This document shows, in pieces, positions 1-10,190 of a stretch of DNA of 64,000 nt; position 1 is the first letter of the stretch; each line of letters starts with the position of its first letter. The position numbers and the translations under genes are program-made. Source of the stretch: Phycisphaerae bacterium (lineage in GTDB: Bacteria; Planctomycetota; Phycisphaerae; UBA1845; Fen-1342); contig CAXXWX010000007.1 of the NCBI GenBank assembly GCA_963675745.2, forward strand, positions 64,001 to 128,000, in the 5' to 3' direction. The notes beneath the pieces were generated by a model that saw nothing but the letters and a program-made list of their open reading frames with translations, was not told the origin of the DNA and made no database searches.

Positions 1-231
1 CGCCGGCGCGACAGCCACCTCAGCGGCATATCACCTGATGCGCTGCTGCGGGTTGTCCCCGTGTGGGCGACGCCCGAGCTCAAGCTGCACTTCCGGTTGG
101 GCGAGTCCGTCGTGCAACTCATCGACCACGGTACGAATCACCGGGCGCAGGCCGTAAACATGTTGCGGCACCTCGGTGCGCCGGTGCCGTCACTCGACTT
201 CGACGACTGGCTTGAAGAGCTCGATAGATAG
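1..231 (+). CDS. DinB/YfiT-like family protein, C-terminal fragment (5' end outside window)
   Basis: Manual frame-1 translation ...ESVVQLIDHGTNHRAQAVNMLRHLGAPVPSLDFDDWLEELDR*; H-x3-H-R-x-Q motif typical of DinB C-termini. Confidence 0.75.
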   Translation, partial: RRRDSHLSGISPDALLRVVPVWATPELKLHFRLGESVVQLIDHGTNHRAQAVNMLRHLGAPVPSLDFDDWLEELDR

Positions 232-379
232 CGTTTTTGCGGGCGCGATAGGACGGGGTGGCCGCACGTAGGCGCCGAGCGCCAAGGTGCCGACGTCCGT
301 TCTCCCCCGCATGATCATGATCGGGTACAATAGCCCTCGGTGATGTTGCGCGTAACGCCGGCTGCCGGGGAGGTATGTC

Positions 380-787
380 ATGTCTTTGCTCGAGTGGAGT
401 GAGGAGTTCAGCGTTGGTGTGCGGAAGCTGGACGACCAGCACAAGGAGCTGATCGGAACGCTAAACGAGCTTTTCGACGCGATCGGCGAGGGGTGTGAAC
501 AGGCAATCTTGCGCCGGCAGCTCACGCGCCTGATTGACTACGCGCTCACGCATTTCATGGACGAAGAGAAGCTCATGTTGCAGTGCAACTACGCGGGGTA
601 CCAGCAGCACAAGCTCGAGCACGATGAGTTCACTAGCAAGGTGCTGGCGCTTAATGACCGCTGCGAGGCCGGCGAGCCGGCGCTGATCGCCGAGATCGCC
701 AATTTCCTCACCATCTGGTTCACCACCCACGTCCAGGGCACCGACAAGGACTATGTCGCGTGCTTCAGCGAGCACGGCATCTCATAG
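380..787 (+). CDS. Bacteriohemerythrin
   Basis: W-S-x-x-F-SVG start; diiron ligands DDQH, HFxDEE, HKLEH, HVQGTD; GGAGG RBS. Confidence 0.93.
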   Translation: MSLLEWSEEFSVGVRKLDDQHKELIGTLNELFDAIGEGCEQAILRRQLTRLIDYALTHFMDEEKLMLQCNYAGYQQHKLEHDEFTSKVLALNDRCEAGEPALIAEIANFLTIWFTTHVQGTDKDYVACFSEHGIS

Positions 788-788
788 C

Positions 789-814
789 CCCCGTTCCCCG
801 TTCCCCGTTCCCCG
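789..814. repeat. Short tandem heptamer repeat (CCCCGTT)x3+
   Basis: Read directly after the hemerythrin stop. Confidence 0.8.
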
Positions 815-881
815 GATGCACACACACGCTCCGCCCGCTACAATCCTGGCGTTTCCATAGCCGACAATTCGGGAGTCACGC

Positions 882-1244
882 ATGATGACGAAAGACGAAC
901 TGATCGCACAGGCAAGAGCATTGGGCGAGGCACTTGCGCGCAACGAGGCCGTCAAGGCACACGCCGAAGCGCAGCGTGCCGTGCAGAACGACGCTCAATC
1001 GCAGGAGCTGCTGCGTAACTACAACGCGCAGGCCCAGCGCGTGCAGAAGCTGCAAACCGAAGGCCAGCCGATAGAGGCCGACGACAAGCGCAAGCTGGCT
1101 GAGCTTGAACAGCAACTGGCCGGTAATGACACGATCAAGGTTCTGATGCGCACACAGGCGGACTACATGGCGCTGATGAATAGCATCAACCAGGCGATGG
1201 GGGCGCCGTTGATGCGGCAACCAGAGGCGGGATCGGACGCGTGA
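882..1244 (+). CDS. YlbF/YmcA (Com_YlbF) family protein
   Basis: 120 aa helical protein, A-x-x-LG-x-A-L start, Q-rich middle, Y-x-x-LM-x-x-IN-x-A end. Confidence 0.75.
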   Translation: MMTKDELIAQARALGEALARNEAVKAHAEAQRAVQNDAQSQELLRNYNAQAQRVQKLQTEGQPIEADDKRKLAELEQQLAGNDTIKVLMRTQADYMALMNSINQAMGAPLMRQPEAGSDA

Positions 1245-3199
1245 GTGACGAGCGCGTCGCCGAGTGCTCAGAAGCTGAGCGAGACGGGCTGACCTCCGGC
1301 CTGCGCGCGGCGAGCTGTCCGATGGCGCCCGCGACGTGGGGCTGGCTGCTCGCGCTGGCCGGTTGGACCGTGGCGCTGTCTTTCTATCACCTGGATGGTG
1401 GGGCCGGGTTTGAACCGATCGATTGCTGGGTGGCCCAGACGGCGCGCGAGATGCACGAGCGCGGCGACTGGTTGATCCCGGTTTTTTCCGGCGAAACGCG
1501 CATGCAGAAGTCGCCGGGGCCGTACTGGGCCGTGATGCTCACCAGTACGCTGCTCGGACGTCCAATCGACGAGGTCACCGCGCGAATTCCGAACGCGATG
1601 GCGGCGCTGGCGCTGGTGATCACGATTTTCTGGCTGACACGGCGGATCGCCGGCGACCGCGCGGCGATATTCGCCGGTTTCGCTACCGCCAGCAGCGGCT
1701 TTATTCTTCTATGGTCGCACCGTGGCGCAAGTGATCTGGGGCTGGCTACATTCACAACCATCTCGCTGGCCGCATTGTGGGTGGCGTACAATCATGAGCC
1801 ACCCGGGCGCAAGCGCACCGTCCTCGTGCTGCTGGCATACTTCTCCGCCGGGCTCGGCATGCTTTACAAAATGCCGATGCCGATCGTGGTGGTGGGTTTG
1901 CCCGCGTTCTTCTATATCTTCCTGCGCTGGAAGTGGCGCATCCTGGCCAGCCCGTTGCACCTGCTCGGGCTATTGCTCTTCGCGCTGCCGTGGCTGCCGT
2001 GGGCACTGCTGGTGCTTCAGGCCGAGCCCATTGCGCTGGCCAAGTGGAAGGTCGAGTTCGTCGACCGCTACACCGGCGCCTTGCCCAACGTCGAGGGGCA
2101 GAACCACTGGCGCTTCCTGCTCACCTACATCGAAATGCCGTTGGTCTACTGCCTGCCGTACACGTTGTCGCTGCCGGGGGCGCTGTGGCGCGGCTTGCGG
2201 AGAGATCCGCGCGTGAGTCGTGATGGCATGCTCTGCATGGTGATCTGGTTCGCGGCGCTGCTGGCGTTTTTCACTTCGTCGACAGGCAAGGAATGGCGTT
2301 ATTTCCTCGTCGCGCTGCCGCCATTGTTCGTGCTATTGGGCGTGGAATTATCACTGTTCTTCGATCCGCGCCGCGCTATCAGCCGTATGTTGGTGAAACT
2401 GGCGGCCATCGCGACAATCGTGGGTGTCCCGGCCGGCTTCGCCGGCGCGATCTACGCTCTGCACAAGTACTGGTGGCCGGCGGTTGGCGCCCCGAATGGT
2501 CTCGAGTGGTCAACGGTGTGGCAGGCCGTGGCGATCGCCGGCGTGATCTGCTCGATCGGCACCACGATCGCCGCCGTGCTGTTCCTGCGCGGCAGGCGTA
2601 ACACATCGTTTGCCGCTTTGGTCGGAGTGATGTGGGCGACCTGGTTGTGGGTATGGCCGAATGTCATGCCGCTGATGGTCACCCAGCGTGAGTTCGTCGA
2701 TCTCGCGGACCAGATGAACGCGCGACTCGACGAGGGCATGGTTGCCGACCTGCACCAGATCGGCAGTCAGGACCCCCGGATCACCTGGTATGGCAACATC
2801 AAGTTCCCCCGACTGATCGACCAGTTGGAGCTGCTCGAAATGCAGGGCGGCGAGCGTTCGCTGCGGCGTGAACTCGAGCTCTACGTCGAGAGAATGGTCG
2901 CCGAGCTGGACGCCGATGATCGCATCCTGCTGATTGGTAACGTCCAGGATTACATCGCGTTTTTGGCACGGGTGCCGGCGGAGCTCGCCGCGCGCGGCAT
3001 GGAGATGCCCGACACGCATCTCTGGTTGGTTCCGCGCGCGGGGCGGCTGGACCGCTACTTCGTGGTTTTCAGCAACCACGCGCCGCCCTGGGATGAGCCC
3101 GAGTTACCGGAGCCGCTTCAGCAAGTCCTGGCTAAACTCACCGCGAAGTTCAGCGGGCCGGCGACCCAGCCGGCATCCTCACACCCCGACAGCGAGTGA
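1241..3199 (+). CDS. ArnT/PMT-like GT-C integral membrane glycosyltransferase
   Basis: AREM..GDWLIP..G..R.QK.PG.YW, AR.P.A, YKMP and K..RY motifs; many TM helices; GTGA overlap with upstream gene. Confidence 0.88.
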   Translation: MSDERVAECSEAERDGLTSGLRAASCPMAPATWGWLLALAGWTVALSFYHLDGGAGFEPIDCWVAQTAREMHERGDWLIPVFSGETRMQKSPGPYWAVMLTSTLLGRPIDEVTARIPNAMAALALVITIFWLTRRIAGDRAAIFAGFATASSGFILLWSHRGASDLGLATFTTISLAALWVAYNHEPPGRKRTVLVLLAYFSAGLGMLYKMPMPIVVVGLPAFFYIFLRWKWRILASPLHLLGLLLFALPWLPWALLVLQAEPIALAKWKVEFVDRYTGALPNVEGQNHWRFLLTYIEMPLVYCLPYTLSLPGALWRGLRRDPRVSRDGMLCMVIWFAALLAFFTSSTGKEWRYFLVALPPLFVLLGVELSLFFDPRRAISRMLVKLAAIATIVGVPAGFAGAIYALHKYWWPAVGAPNGLEWSTVWQAVAIAGVICSIGTTIAAVLFLRGRRNTSFAALVGVMWATWLWVWPNVMPLMVTQREFVDLADQMNARLDEGMVADLHQIGSQDPRITWYGNIKFPRLIDQLELLEMQGGERSLRRELELYVERMVAELDADDRILLIGNVQDYIAFLARVPAELAARGMEMPDTHLWLVPRAGRLDRYFVVFSNHAPPWDEPELPEPLQQVLAKLTAKFSGPATQPASSHPDSE

Positions 3200-4206
3200 A
3201 CCCGGCAGTGTATCGGCGGATTGGAGAACGATGGCACCAGACGCGCGCCGCCGCCCGGAGCCGTAACCAGGCCCTGCGCTTCGTTGTCGAGTTTCTCGCG
3301 CTGCGGCTGTGGATGCTCGTCATCGGCTGTTTTCCGATCCGCGCCAACCTGGTAACCGCGCGCATCCTCGGACGCGTCTGGTGGCTGCTGATGAAACGCC
3401 ACCGTCAACGCGCGCTGGAAAATCTGCGACCGGCCTTCCCGGAGCGGAGTGAACGGGAATTGCGCGAGATCGCGCGGCGTTCGTTCGAGCACTTCGCCCA
3501 GCTATACCTGGTCGAGCTGGTGATGATGCCGCGGCTCGTTGACCATTGGTCCTGGGCCAGATATGTGGAACTTGGCAACTTGGGGCCGGCCCTACGCCAG
3601 TTGCTCACCGAACGGGGCGTGATCATGGTCACCCCCCATTTCGGCAATTACGAGCTCACCGGCTACACGATCGCGCGCCTGGGACTCCCACTCATCGCGG
3701 TGATGCGCCCGCTGGATAACCCGCTGATCAACGAACACCTGGTGACCTCGCGCTCGGCCGGCGGCGTTACATTGCTGTACAAAAAGGGGGCCAGCGCAAA
3801 CGCCGGCCGCATCCTCGACAGCGGTGGGGCACTCTGCTTCATTGCCGATCAGGACGCCGGGCGCAAGGGTGTGTTTGCCGAGTTCTTCAACCGGCAGGCA
3901 TCGTGGTACAAGTCCATCGGTTTGCTGGCGATCCAACACGACGCGCCGATCGTCGTGGGGGCGGCCCATCGCTCACGCAGCGGTTTTCACTACCGCATCG
4001 AAGTGGAGAGCATCATTCAGCCCGCGCACTGGCAAGCCGAGCCCGACCGGCTGCAGTGGATCACCGACCGGTTCGCCGCTGCCCTGGAAGCCCTCATCAG
4101 GCGCCACCCGGAGCAGTATCTTTGGATGCACCGTCGTTGGAAGACGCGGCCGAAGGGTGAGCGCTCGAATGATGCCCGATCCGTCGACGCCGCTCGACAC
4201 CCGTAG
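3196..4206 (+). CDS. Lipid A late acyltransferase (LpxL/HtrB family)
   Basis: HFGNYE, DQDAG, PEQYLWMHRRWK motifs. Confidence 0.9.
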   Translation: MNPAVYRRIGERWHQTRAAARSRNQALRFVVEFLALRLWMLVIGCFPIRANLVTARILGRVWWLLMKRHRQRALENLRPAFPERSERELREIARRSFEHFAQLYLVELVMMPRLVDHWSWARYVELGNLGPALRQLLTERGVIMVTPHFGNYELTGYTIARLGLPLIAVMRPLDNPLINEHLVTSRSAGGVTLLYKKGASANAGRILDSGGALCFIADQDAGRKGVFAEFFNRQASWYKSIGLLAIQHDAPIVVGAAHRSRSGFHYRIEVESIIQPAHWQAEPDRLQWITDRFAAALEALIRRHPEQYLWMHRRWKTRPKGERSNDARSVDAARHP

Positions 4207-4253
4207 GGAACGTCGAGTAGCGTAGGTCAGGCGCAGCGAGACCTGCCGTCCTG

Positions 4254-5792
4254 CTACCGGCGGCGCCCACGCTGCAGGCCCAGCCACACCGGCACGACCA
4301 GCAGGGGAAACAGCCCACCGCCACAAGCCGGCATCAGTGAAGGTTGTTCGTTGGGGGATTCAGCCGCCGTCGGCTGCGACCCGCCGTCGGCGCTAATGAC
4401 CTCGGCCAGCAATTGAGCGCGAATCTCGGAGGCGGTGATGTACTGCCCGCGCACCTCGTCGACAAACACCGTGAACGGCGTGTTACCCTGGAGTTCGCCG
4501 TCATCGACAATCAGGCGGAAGAAGAACGTGCCGGCCTGGGTGGTCTGCCAGGTGATCTCGGGCGTATTCGTGCCGCTGAACGGCTGGAAGAGCCGGTCTC
4601 GATCCTCGGCGGTGAGGCTGTTGCCGATCTCGTCGGTTTGCGTCCAGCGGTAACTAAGCGCGGCGCCTTCCGGGTCAAAGGAGGCCAGCCCACTGAGCGT
4701 GACCGTGTCTCCCACCTGCACAACCGTCGTTGGGCCGGACACGATGGCGGTCGGCGGCGCATTGGGCGGCTGGTCAGGCGTCACCGTGATCGTTACGGTG
4801 TCGGTGGTCGGCGCGGAGTTTGCATTGTCATCGACCAGCAACCGGTAAACATATACGCCCGGCGTATCCAGCAAAACCGTTGCTAACTCCGGATGGACGG
4901 TCAAGTTTGGATAGACCGGTTCAACTCGCGCCGGCCCGCTGATCCACTCCCACGTAAACGTGAGGTTGTCCTTCACAAACACGTTTGGCAGTGTTGGCTG
5001 AAAGCCGAAGTTGAACGAATCAAACGTGCGAATGCCGTCAAGCTGCACGTCCGTGCCCGTGAGGACAATCTGATCGCCACCGGCATCAGCCTGCGGCGGC
5101 GCGTTGGGTGGCATGGCGGATGGATGCTCGATGGCAAACAGCGCCGGCGGGCAGAAGCCGGCGAAGCTCGAACGCTGGTAACGCTGGCAATCCGATGCCA
5201 CCGTCCACGCGTTTTCGTCGCCCGTGTCATTGGTGGTCTCGAACCACAGCTCCCAATGGACGTCATAGTCAATCAGCCCACGCTCGCGAGCCTGATTGGT
5301 TCCGACAAAATCAGGCACCGTCAGGCTGAAGACGTAGACCAACGCCCGATCGCCACTCTGCGATGACGTTGTATTCCAGTCGAAACCGTCATCGGTGAAG
5401 AAGTCCGGGCTAGCCTCGGGAATCGGTGGCCCCTCGGGGGCGCGGTATCTGCCGAACGGTACCCACACCGCCTGGAGACGCAGGTAAACCGGGTCATCCT
5501 GGCCTTCTTCATCCTCCCCCGTCGGTTGCCAATCCGGATCGACAACCGTGACTCTGGCCGCGATGTAATCGGCTTCGCGGACGACATCCTGAGCCGGTTC
5601 GAAGGTATCGATCGTACTCTCGTAGCGTCCATCGATCCGGCCGTCAATGCTGCGGACAATGAACCACTCGATGCCCTCGAAGTACGGCACCGCGTTGCCC
5701 TCAGCCTGGGCGAAAACGGTCCCAACTCCCACGGACAATACCGAAGCGAGCAGCAGTCCTGTAATCACATATCTCATCGGGATATCTCCCAC
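4254..5792 (-). CDS. Secreted PKD/REJ-like Ig-domain protein with Cys-Gly/TM/Arg C-terminal tail
   Basis: Signal peptide; two NAPP.A..G...V.L.G..(S/T)FD...L.(Y/F).W repeats; ends PACGGGLFPLLVVPVWLGLQRGRRR. Confidence 0.8.
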   Translation of the reverse strand: MGDIPMRYVITGLLLASVLSVGVGTVFAQAEGNAVPYFEGIEWFIVRSIDGRIDGRYESTIDTFEPAQDVVREADYIAARVTVVDPDWQPTGEDEEGQDDPVYLRLQAVWVPFGRYRAPEGPPIPEASPDFFTDDGFDWNTTSSQSGDRALVYVFSLTVPDFVGTNQARERGLIDYDVHWELWFETTNDTGDENAWTVASDCQRYQRSSFAGFCPPALFAIEHPSAMPPNAPPQADAGGDQIVLTGTDVQLDGIRTFDSFNFGFQPTLPNVFVKDNLTFTWEWISGPARVEPVYPNLTVHPELATVLLDTPGVYVYRLLVDDNANSAPTTDTVTITVTPDQPPNAPPTAIVSGPTTVVQVGDTVTLSGLASFDPEGAALSYRWTQTDEIGNSLTAEDRDRLFQPFSGTNTPEITWQTTQAGTFFFRLIVDDGELQGNTPFTVFVDEVRGQYITASEIRAQLLAEVISADGGSQPTAAESPNEQPSLMPACGGGLFPLLVVPVWLGLQRGRRR

Positions 5793-5827
5793 ATCTGCGC
5801 GGTAATTCCGCGCCGAACCACGCTGGC

Positions 5828-6697
5828 CTACGGCTCTACCGTCGTGTCCTCGGAGTCGGTACCACTGAATGTCACCGTTGCGAAGGCCCCTGCCGCGGTG
5901 GGACCGGGATTGAAGTCGACGCGCACGGACTCGCCTTCGACATACTCATTCGACTCCCGGTTACCGCCGGCGGTGCGCAGGAATAGTCCGGGCTTAAACG
6001 GATCGCATTGATAAACGTCCACTTGCGCCAGTGTCTTGAAACCTCCCGTCGTCGTGGCGCCACCAAAAATGCCGAGGCTGCCGCCGAGCGGATCGCCCGT
6101 AATCACGTCGCCCTCGTCCAGATACTCGAAGGCAACACTGTCGCAGGACTCCGGCGGATCGAGAAAGAACAAGATGGCGTCCGGTGTGATCGTCTCGATC
6201 GAGGCTTCGTTGGCCGTCACGTTGTCGGCATCCTCGCCGCCGGCTGCGCGCAGGGAAACGCGGGTGAACCACGCATGTCCCTCGTCATCATGGACAAACG
6301 TGCCGGGGGCGAGCGTGAACGCCGATCCAATGGGCAGTTCAGACGTCAAACGTACGTAGCCGGCCTCGTAAAGCGCATCTTGTTGGCCGGCGGAGCGAAT
6401 GCTGCTCGGATTGACCCACATGATGTAATTGAAGTTGAGATCGGCGTTGGCATTGTTGTTTGCAAAGGTGAGCGTGAGGTTCTGTCGGAACAAGGCCGTG
6501 GCCGCGGTTCCACTAGTCCCACCACTGCTCGTCTGGCTGGTTGTGTCGGAACTGGATTCGACCAGTCGCTGTTCGGCGATGGTGAGAAAGGGATTCACCG
6601 TGTCGCCGTCCGAAACGAGCGGACAGCCGCCGCACAGGATGCTCAAACTTGTCGCTATGGCTAAACCAATCCAGCGCATTGTCCTATCCCATTTCAT
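5828..6697 (-). CDS. Putative lipoprotein, unknown function
   Basis: Lipobox-like LCGGC after hydrophobic stretch; acidic mature part; tight operon spacing. Confidence 0.75.
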   Translation of the reverse strand: MKWDRTMRWIGLAIATSLSILCGGCPLVSDGDTVNPFLTIAEQRLVESSSDTTSQTSSGGTSGTAATALFRQNLTLTFANNNANADLNFNYIMWVNPSSIRSAGQQDALYEAGYVRLTSELPIGSAFTLAPGTFVHDDEGHAWFTRVSLRAAGGEDADNVTANEASIETITPDAILFFLDPPESCDSVAFEYLDEGDVITGDPLGGSLGIFGGATTTGGFKTLAQVDVYQCDPFKPGLFLRTAGGNRESNEYVEGESVRVDFNPGPTAAGAFATVTFSGTDSEDTTVEP

Positions 6698-6727
6698 TCT
6701 AGCCCTGCGGGCAAGTGTGCCGCAGTG

Positions 6728-9610
6728 TTATTCACCGTCGCCGTAAATCAGATAAACCTCGCCGGCCGCCACACGATCGCGCGGACTGGCGTTAATCGAG
6801 CTCAGCAAGATGTCGCCGTACCCATCTCCGTCCACGTCGCCGGCCGGGGCTGTACCGTGACTACGGTCGCCCTGGTCGCCCAGGCCCGCGCCGAGAAAGT
6901 CGCCGCTGTGGCGACCGATAAATACGACGCCGGGGAGTTTCTCGGTGCCGACGTCGGCTAGGCTTATCGTCCCACCCAGATCGGGGGCCCCGTAGACCAG
7001 ATACACGACGCCGCAGTTTGTGCGGTCGATCTCGAGCTCCCCATCATCGTCGATATCGAGGCGCACCGAACGATTGGGAGCCGCGATCAGCAGGTCGTCG
7101 AAGCCGTCGCCGTCGATATCGCGCGCGCTCTTGACGCGGGCACCCGCCAGGTCGCCTTCGGTCTCCCCGGTGAAAATCACGCCCAATCCACGATCATCCA
7201 GCGCGTGATAAGAGATTTCCTCTTGCGTGAGGTTGATGACGTCCCGCGATCCGTAGAAAACCGCGGCGCCGCCGTGACGATTGGACGTGAGTGGCGAACC
7301 CAACACCACGTCCGCCACGCCGTCGTTGTTGAAATCGCCGGCGTCATCCTGAGAGTCACCCAGGCGCTCACCAATATCGCCGACCACGCGTATGCCGTCG
7401 TAGATACGGCTGGCGATCGCTGACGAAGCACGCTGCGGCAATTGCAGCTCTTCGATCTGCAACTCGGCTCCCATCACGAGTTCACGCAGGCGACCAAGAA
7501 CGATGTAGCACGCCCCACGTCCTTCGTTCGCGAACGGTGCGCCGATCACCAGATCCTGAAGACCGTCCGAGTTGAAATCCCGGATACCGCGGACATTGCC
7601 CATGCGCGCCCCGACCTGTGATGACCAGAAACGCACGGTCCGGCCGTTCTGCGGGGCGTCCTCATCAAAGACGTATTCGCATGGATCGGTCGAATCGTCT
7701 GGATCGACCGAATAGCCGGGGCTCCCTCGTAGACCGATCGACGAATCGGGGCCCGCGCTGACGGCGAACGTCCGGAAATCGTCGAGGATGTAGTGATAAG
7801 GGCCGCCATGCGGAATCAACCGGTTGTCGCCAATCGTCATGCCGCGGTAGCCAGCCGCGTCATTGGCCTCGGGAGCCTGGACACCCGACCAGGGCGCGAA
7901 TCCGGACGCCACGTTCACAAAGTAGAGGCTGATGACACCCGAGCCGGGCCGCGATACGCCGAAGCTGGTGGTCGTGGCCACCGCCGGATCGCGGTTGGGC
8001 GCGGCGATCATGAGCCCGTCAAAGTCGTAGCTCGAAATCGTCTCGCCAAAGGCATCGCCAAAATCATTGCTGGATATGCGACAACCCATGCGAACCGAGC
8101 CGAAGTTGGGCGTGCCCTCGACAGTGGCCCAGTGCTCATGGAAGAAGGTCGCGCCGCAGAAGGATTGCGGTGCCTTCGGGCCGTAGAAACCCTCTGGACA
8201 CGGGCACCCATCGATTTCACAGGCAAGACAGGACCAAGGCACGTGCGCCAACGTGCCGATCTCGCCCAGCGAGATTACCTGGCGCCCCGGGAAGCCGAGG
8301 TCAGGACGCAGCACCACACCGGCGGCAATGATGACGGCTCCACTTCTGAAGTATCCGCTCGCGTCCAGCGGTGCGAAGCGTCCTTCGTCGTTATCGTTGA
8401 TCACCTGGGAGATCGACAGTGAATCGGTGAATGGCAGGCCGAAGGCCAACTCGCGTACACCGTCGCCGTCCCAGTCGCTCATCAGGTCGAAGGCGGTGAT
8501 GCCGCGGCTGGGCCGGATGGGGTCGGCCTGCTGGGGTGGTCCGGTGAATATCTCGCCGCGGAACAACGTCCCGGTCGAGTTGAGGTTGATCTTGCCGGTA
8601 TAGCGGTTCGCACGCCCGTAGACGAGGTATGCCTCGCCGACGCCGTTGCGGCCGAAATCGGACTGGTAGTTGGGCTTGCCGAACTGTGCGAGGATCATCA
8701 TGTCGCTGAAGCCGTCGCCGTCGGCATCTTCCAGCGTGCTGACAAAGCTGCCGGCGTTGTCTCCGGGATTGAAACCCTCGAAGATGACACCGGGGAGGCG
8801 CCCGCTGGCGGGGTCGTCGAGCTCGCGCAGGTCCTTCATGCCCGAGAGGCGCTGGCGCAGGCGTATCGATCCCGGCGCGGGAAACTCGCTGGTGTTTACG
8901 CCGTCGGTGACGACCGCCACGATGTCATAGACTCCCGCTTCGAACAGATCGGTTCGCAGTTCGAAGCTGAAGCTGTCGCCGGTCTGCTGATCGCTGTGGC
9001 GCAGGAGGATCTCATCGCCGGAGGCGTCGGGGTTCGGGTCAAGAAAGACGTCGACGCTGATCGTGCTGTCCGGATCGTAGACGCTCCAGGCCACATCGAT
9101 GGTCGGGTTGATGCGGTTTGAGCGGTCATAGACGAAGTTGCCGCGCGGTGCGTCAAAAAAGAGCCGCGGCCGCTGGTTGACGATGATACGCCCGGGGGCG
9201 TAGTCGAAAGCGGCGATCCCGGTCAATTCGTAGACGAGCACGCCGACGTAGTACGCGCCGGCGTCGAGGCTGGACGTGTCGAGCAGCGCGCTGGTTTCCG
9301 TCAGCGGCAGATTCTCGAAGACCAGGATTTCGTTGTCGTTGTCAGCGATCGTGTCCAGATCGAAGAATATACTGACGGTGGCGCTGGGAGTGGTGCCCAC
9401 GGCGCGATAGCTGGTTTCGATCGGCGTCCCGCCGGCCACGGCCAAGTCACTCGGCGGCGCGACCACGCCCACGGATGCCACCGACGCCACGGTGCCCGTG
9501 CTGCCTGCGGTGCCGGCGATAAACTCGGTGGCGGGAGACAACTCACACCCGCTCAGCGTGACCAGCCCGACCGTGAACAACACTGCAAAGCTCAAAACTG
9601 CTCTACGCAT
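6728..9610 (-). CDS. FG-GAP / integrin-alpha-like beta-propeller lipoprotein
   Basis: Lipobox LSGC; Ca-binding loops DADGDGFSD, DWDGDGVRE, DFNSDGLQD, DFNNDGVAD, DIDGDGFDD, DVDGDGYGD with GAP and G.VYL.YG elements; start moved to ATG 9610 with GGAG RBS. Confidence 0.88.
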   Translation of the reverse strand: MRRAVLSFAVLFTVGLVTLSGCELSPATEFIAGTAGSTGTVASVASVGVVAPPSDLAVAGGTPIETSYRAVGTTPSATVSIFFDLDTIADNDNEILVFENLPLTETSALLDTSSLDAGAYYVGVLVYELTGIAAFDYAPGRIIVNQRPRLFFDAPRGNFVYDRSNRINPTIDVAWSVYDPDSTISVDVFLDPNPDASGDEILLRHSDQQTGDSFSFELRTDLFEAGVYDIVAVVTDGVNTSEFPAPGSIRLRQRLSGMKDLRELDDPASGRLPGVIFEGFNPGDNAGSFVSTLEDADGDGFSDMMILAQFGKPNYQSDFGRNGVGEAYLVYGRANRYTGKINLNSTGTLFRGEIFTGPPQQADPIRPSRGITAFDLMSDWDGDGVRELAFGLPFTDSLSISQVINDNDEGRFAPLDASGYFRSGAVIIAAGVVLRPDLGFPGRQVISLGEIGTLAHVPWSCLACEIDGCPCPEGFYGPKAPQSFCGATFFHEHWATVEGTPNFGSVRMGCRISSNDFGDAFGETISSYDFDGLMIAAPNRDPAVATTTSFGVSRPGSGVISLYFVNVASGFAPWSGVQAPEANDAAGYRGMTIGDNRLIPHGGPYHYILDDFRTFAVSAGPDSSIGLRGSPGYSVDPDDSTDPCEYVFDEDAPQNGRTVRFWSSQVGARMGNVRGIRDFNSDGLQDLVIGAPFANEGRGACYIVLGRLRELVMGAELQIEELQLPQRASSAIASRIYDGIRVVGDIGERLGDSQDDAGDFNNDGVADVVLGSPLTSNRHGGAAVFYGSRDVINLTQEEISYHALDDRGLGVIFTGETEGDLAGARVKSARDIDGDGFDDLLIAAPNRSVRLDIDDDGELEIDRTNCGVVYLVYGAPDLGGTISLADVGTEKLPGVVFIGRHSGDFLGAGLGDQGDRSHGTAPAGDVDGDGYGDILLSSINASPRDRVAAGEVYLIYGDGE

Positions 9611-9641
9611 CTCCAACCTCGCCATCTGGGCAGGTCGCGCC

Positions 9642-10169
9642 CTAGTCGGCCCGCTGCACATATGCATACACCCGGTACCCGGAGACCGTCTCTTGCGAGT
9701 AGGTCACTGCAAACGTGATCCCGTCACCGCAGTCGTAGTTGGCGCCTTCCTTCATGATCACGCCGAACGGCTCAACGACGACGATCGGATCGCCGGCGCC
9801 GCCGTTGCCCAGCCGCATTGTCACGCCCGACAATGACGAATCGGAAAGGTCACCGACGGTCATCTCCTCGATCGGACAGGCAATCGCCTGGGCGGTGCGC
9901 TGCCCGGGCTCGACCGTGGCGGTGAACACCTCAACCTCGTTCTGGCCGGTCCGATAACTGACCTGGATTTCCGCCCACTCGGCCGTCTGGTTCTGGACCG
10001 CCAACAGGGCCACCGGCGCCACTCCGGGCAGTGTGGCGATATCCTTGCTACCGCCGATCGCGTCAATGAACTCCGAGTTGAGGAAGGTCTCCGCGGTGCA
10101 GCCCGCGTGGCCGCTCAAAACCGAAGCGGCGACGATCAGCACAACCGCTCGTACTACTGGGCCTGTCAT
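9642..10169 (-). CDS. Putative lipoprotein (paralog of 10191..10724)
   Basis: Lipobox HAGC; shares F.N..FI.AIG, N.T, CP and G..Y.CGD.I with neighbour. Confidence 0.78.
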   Translation of the reverse strand: MTGPVVRAVVLIVAASVLSGHAGCTAETFLNSEFIDAIGGSKDIATLPGVAPVALLAVQNQTAEWAEIQVSYRTGQNEVEVFTATVEPGQRTAQAIACPIEEMTVGDLSDSSLSGVTMRLGNGGAGDPIVVVEPFGVIMKEGANYDCGDGITFAVTYSQETVSGYRVYAYVQRAD

Positions 10170-10190
10170 TCAAGCACTCTCCTTGCCGGT

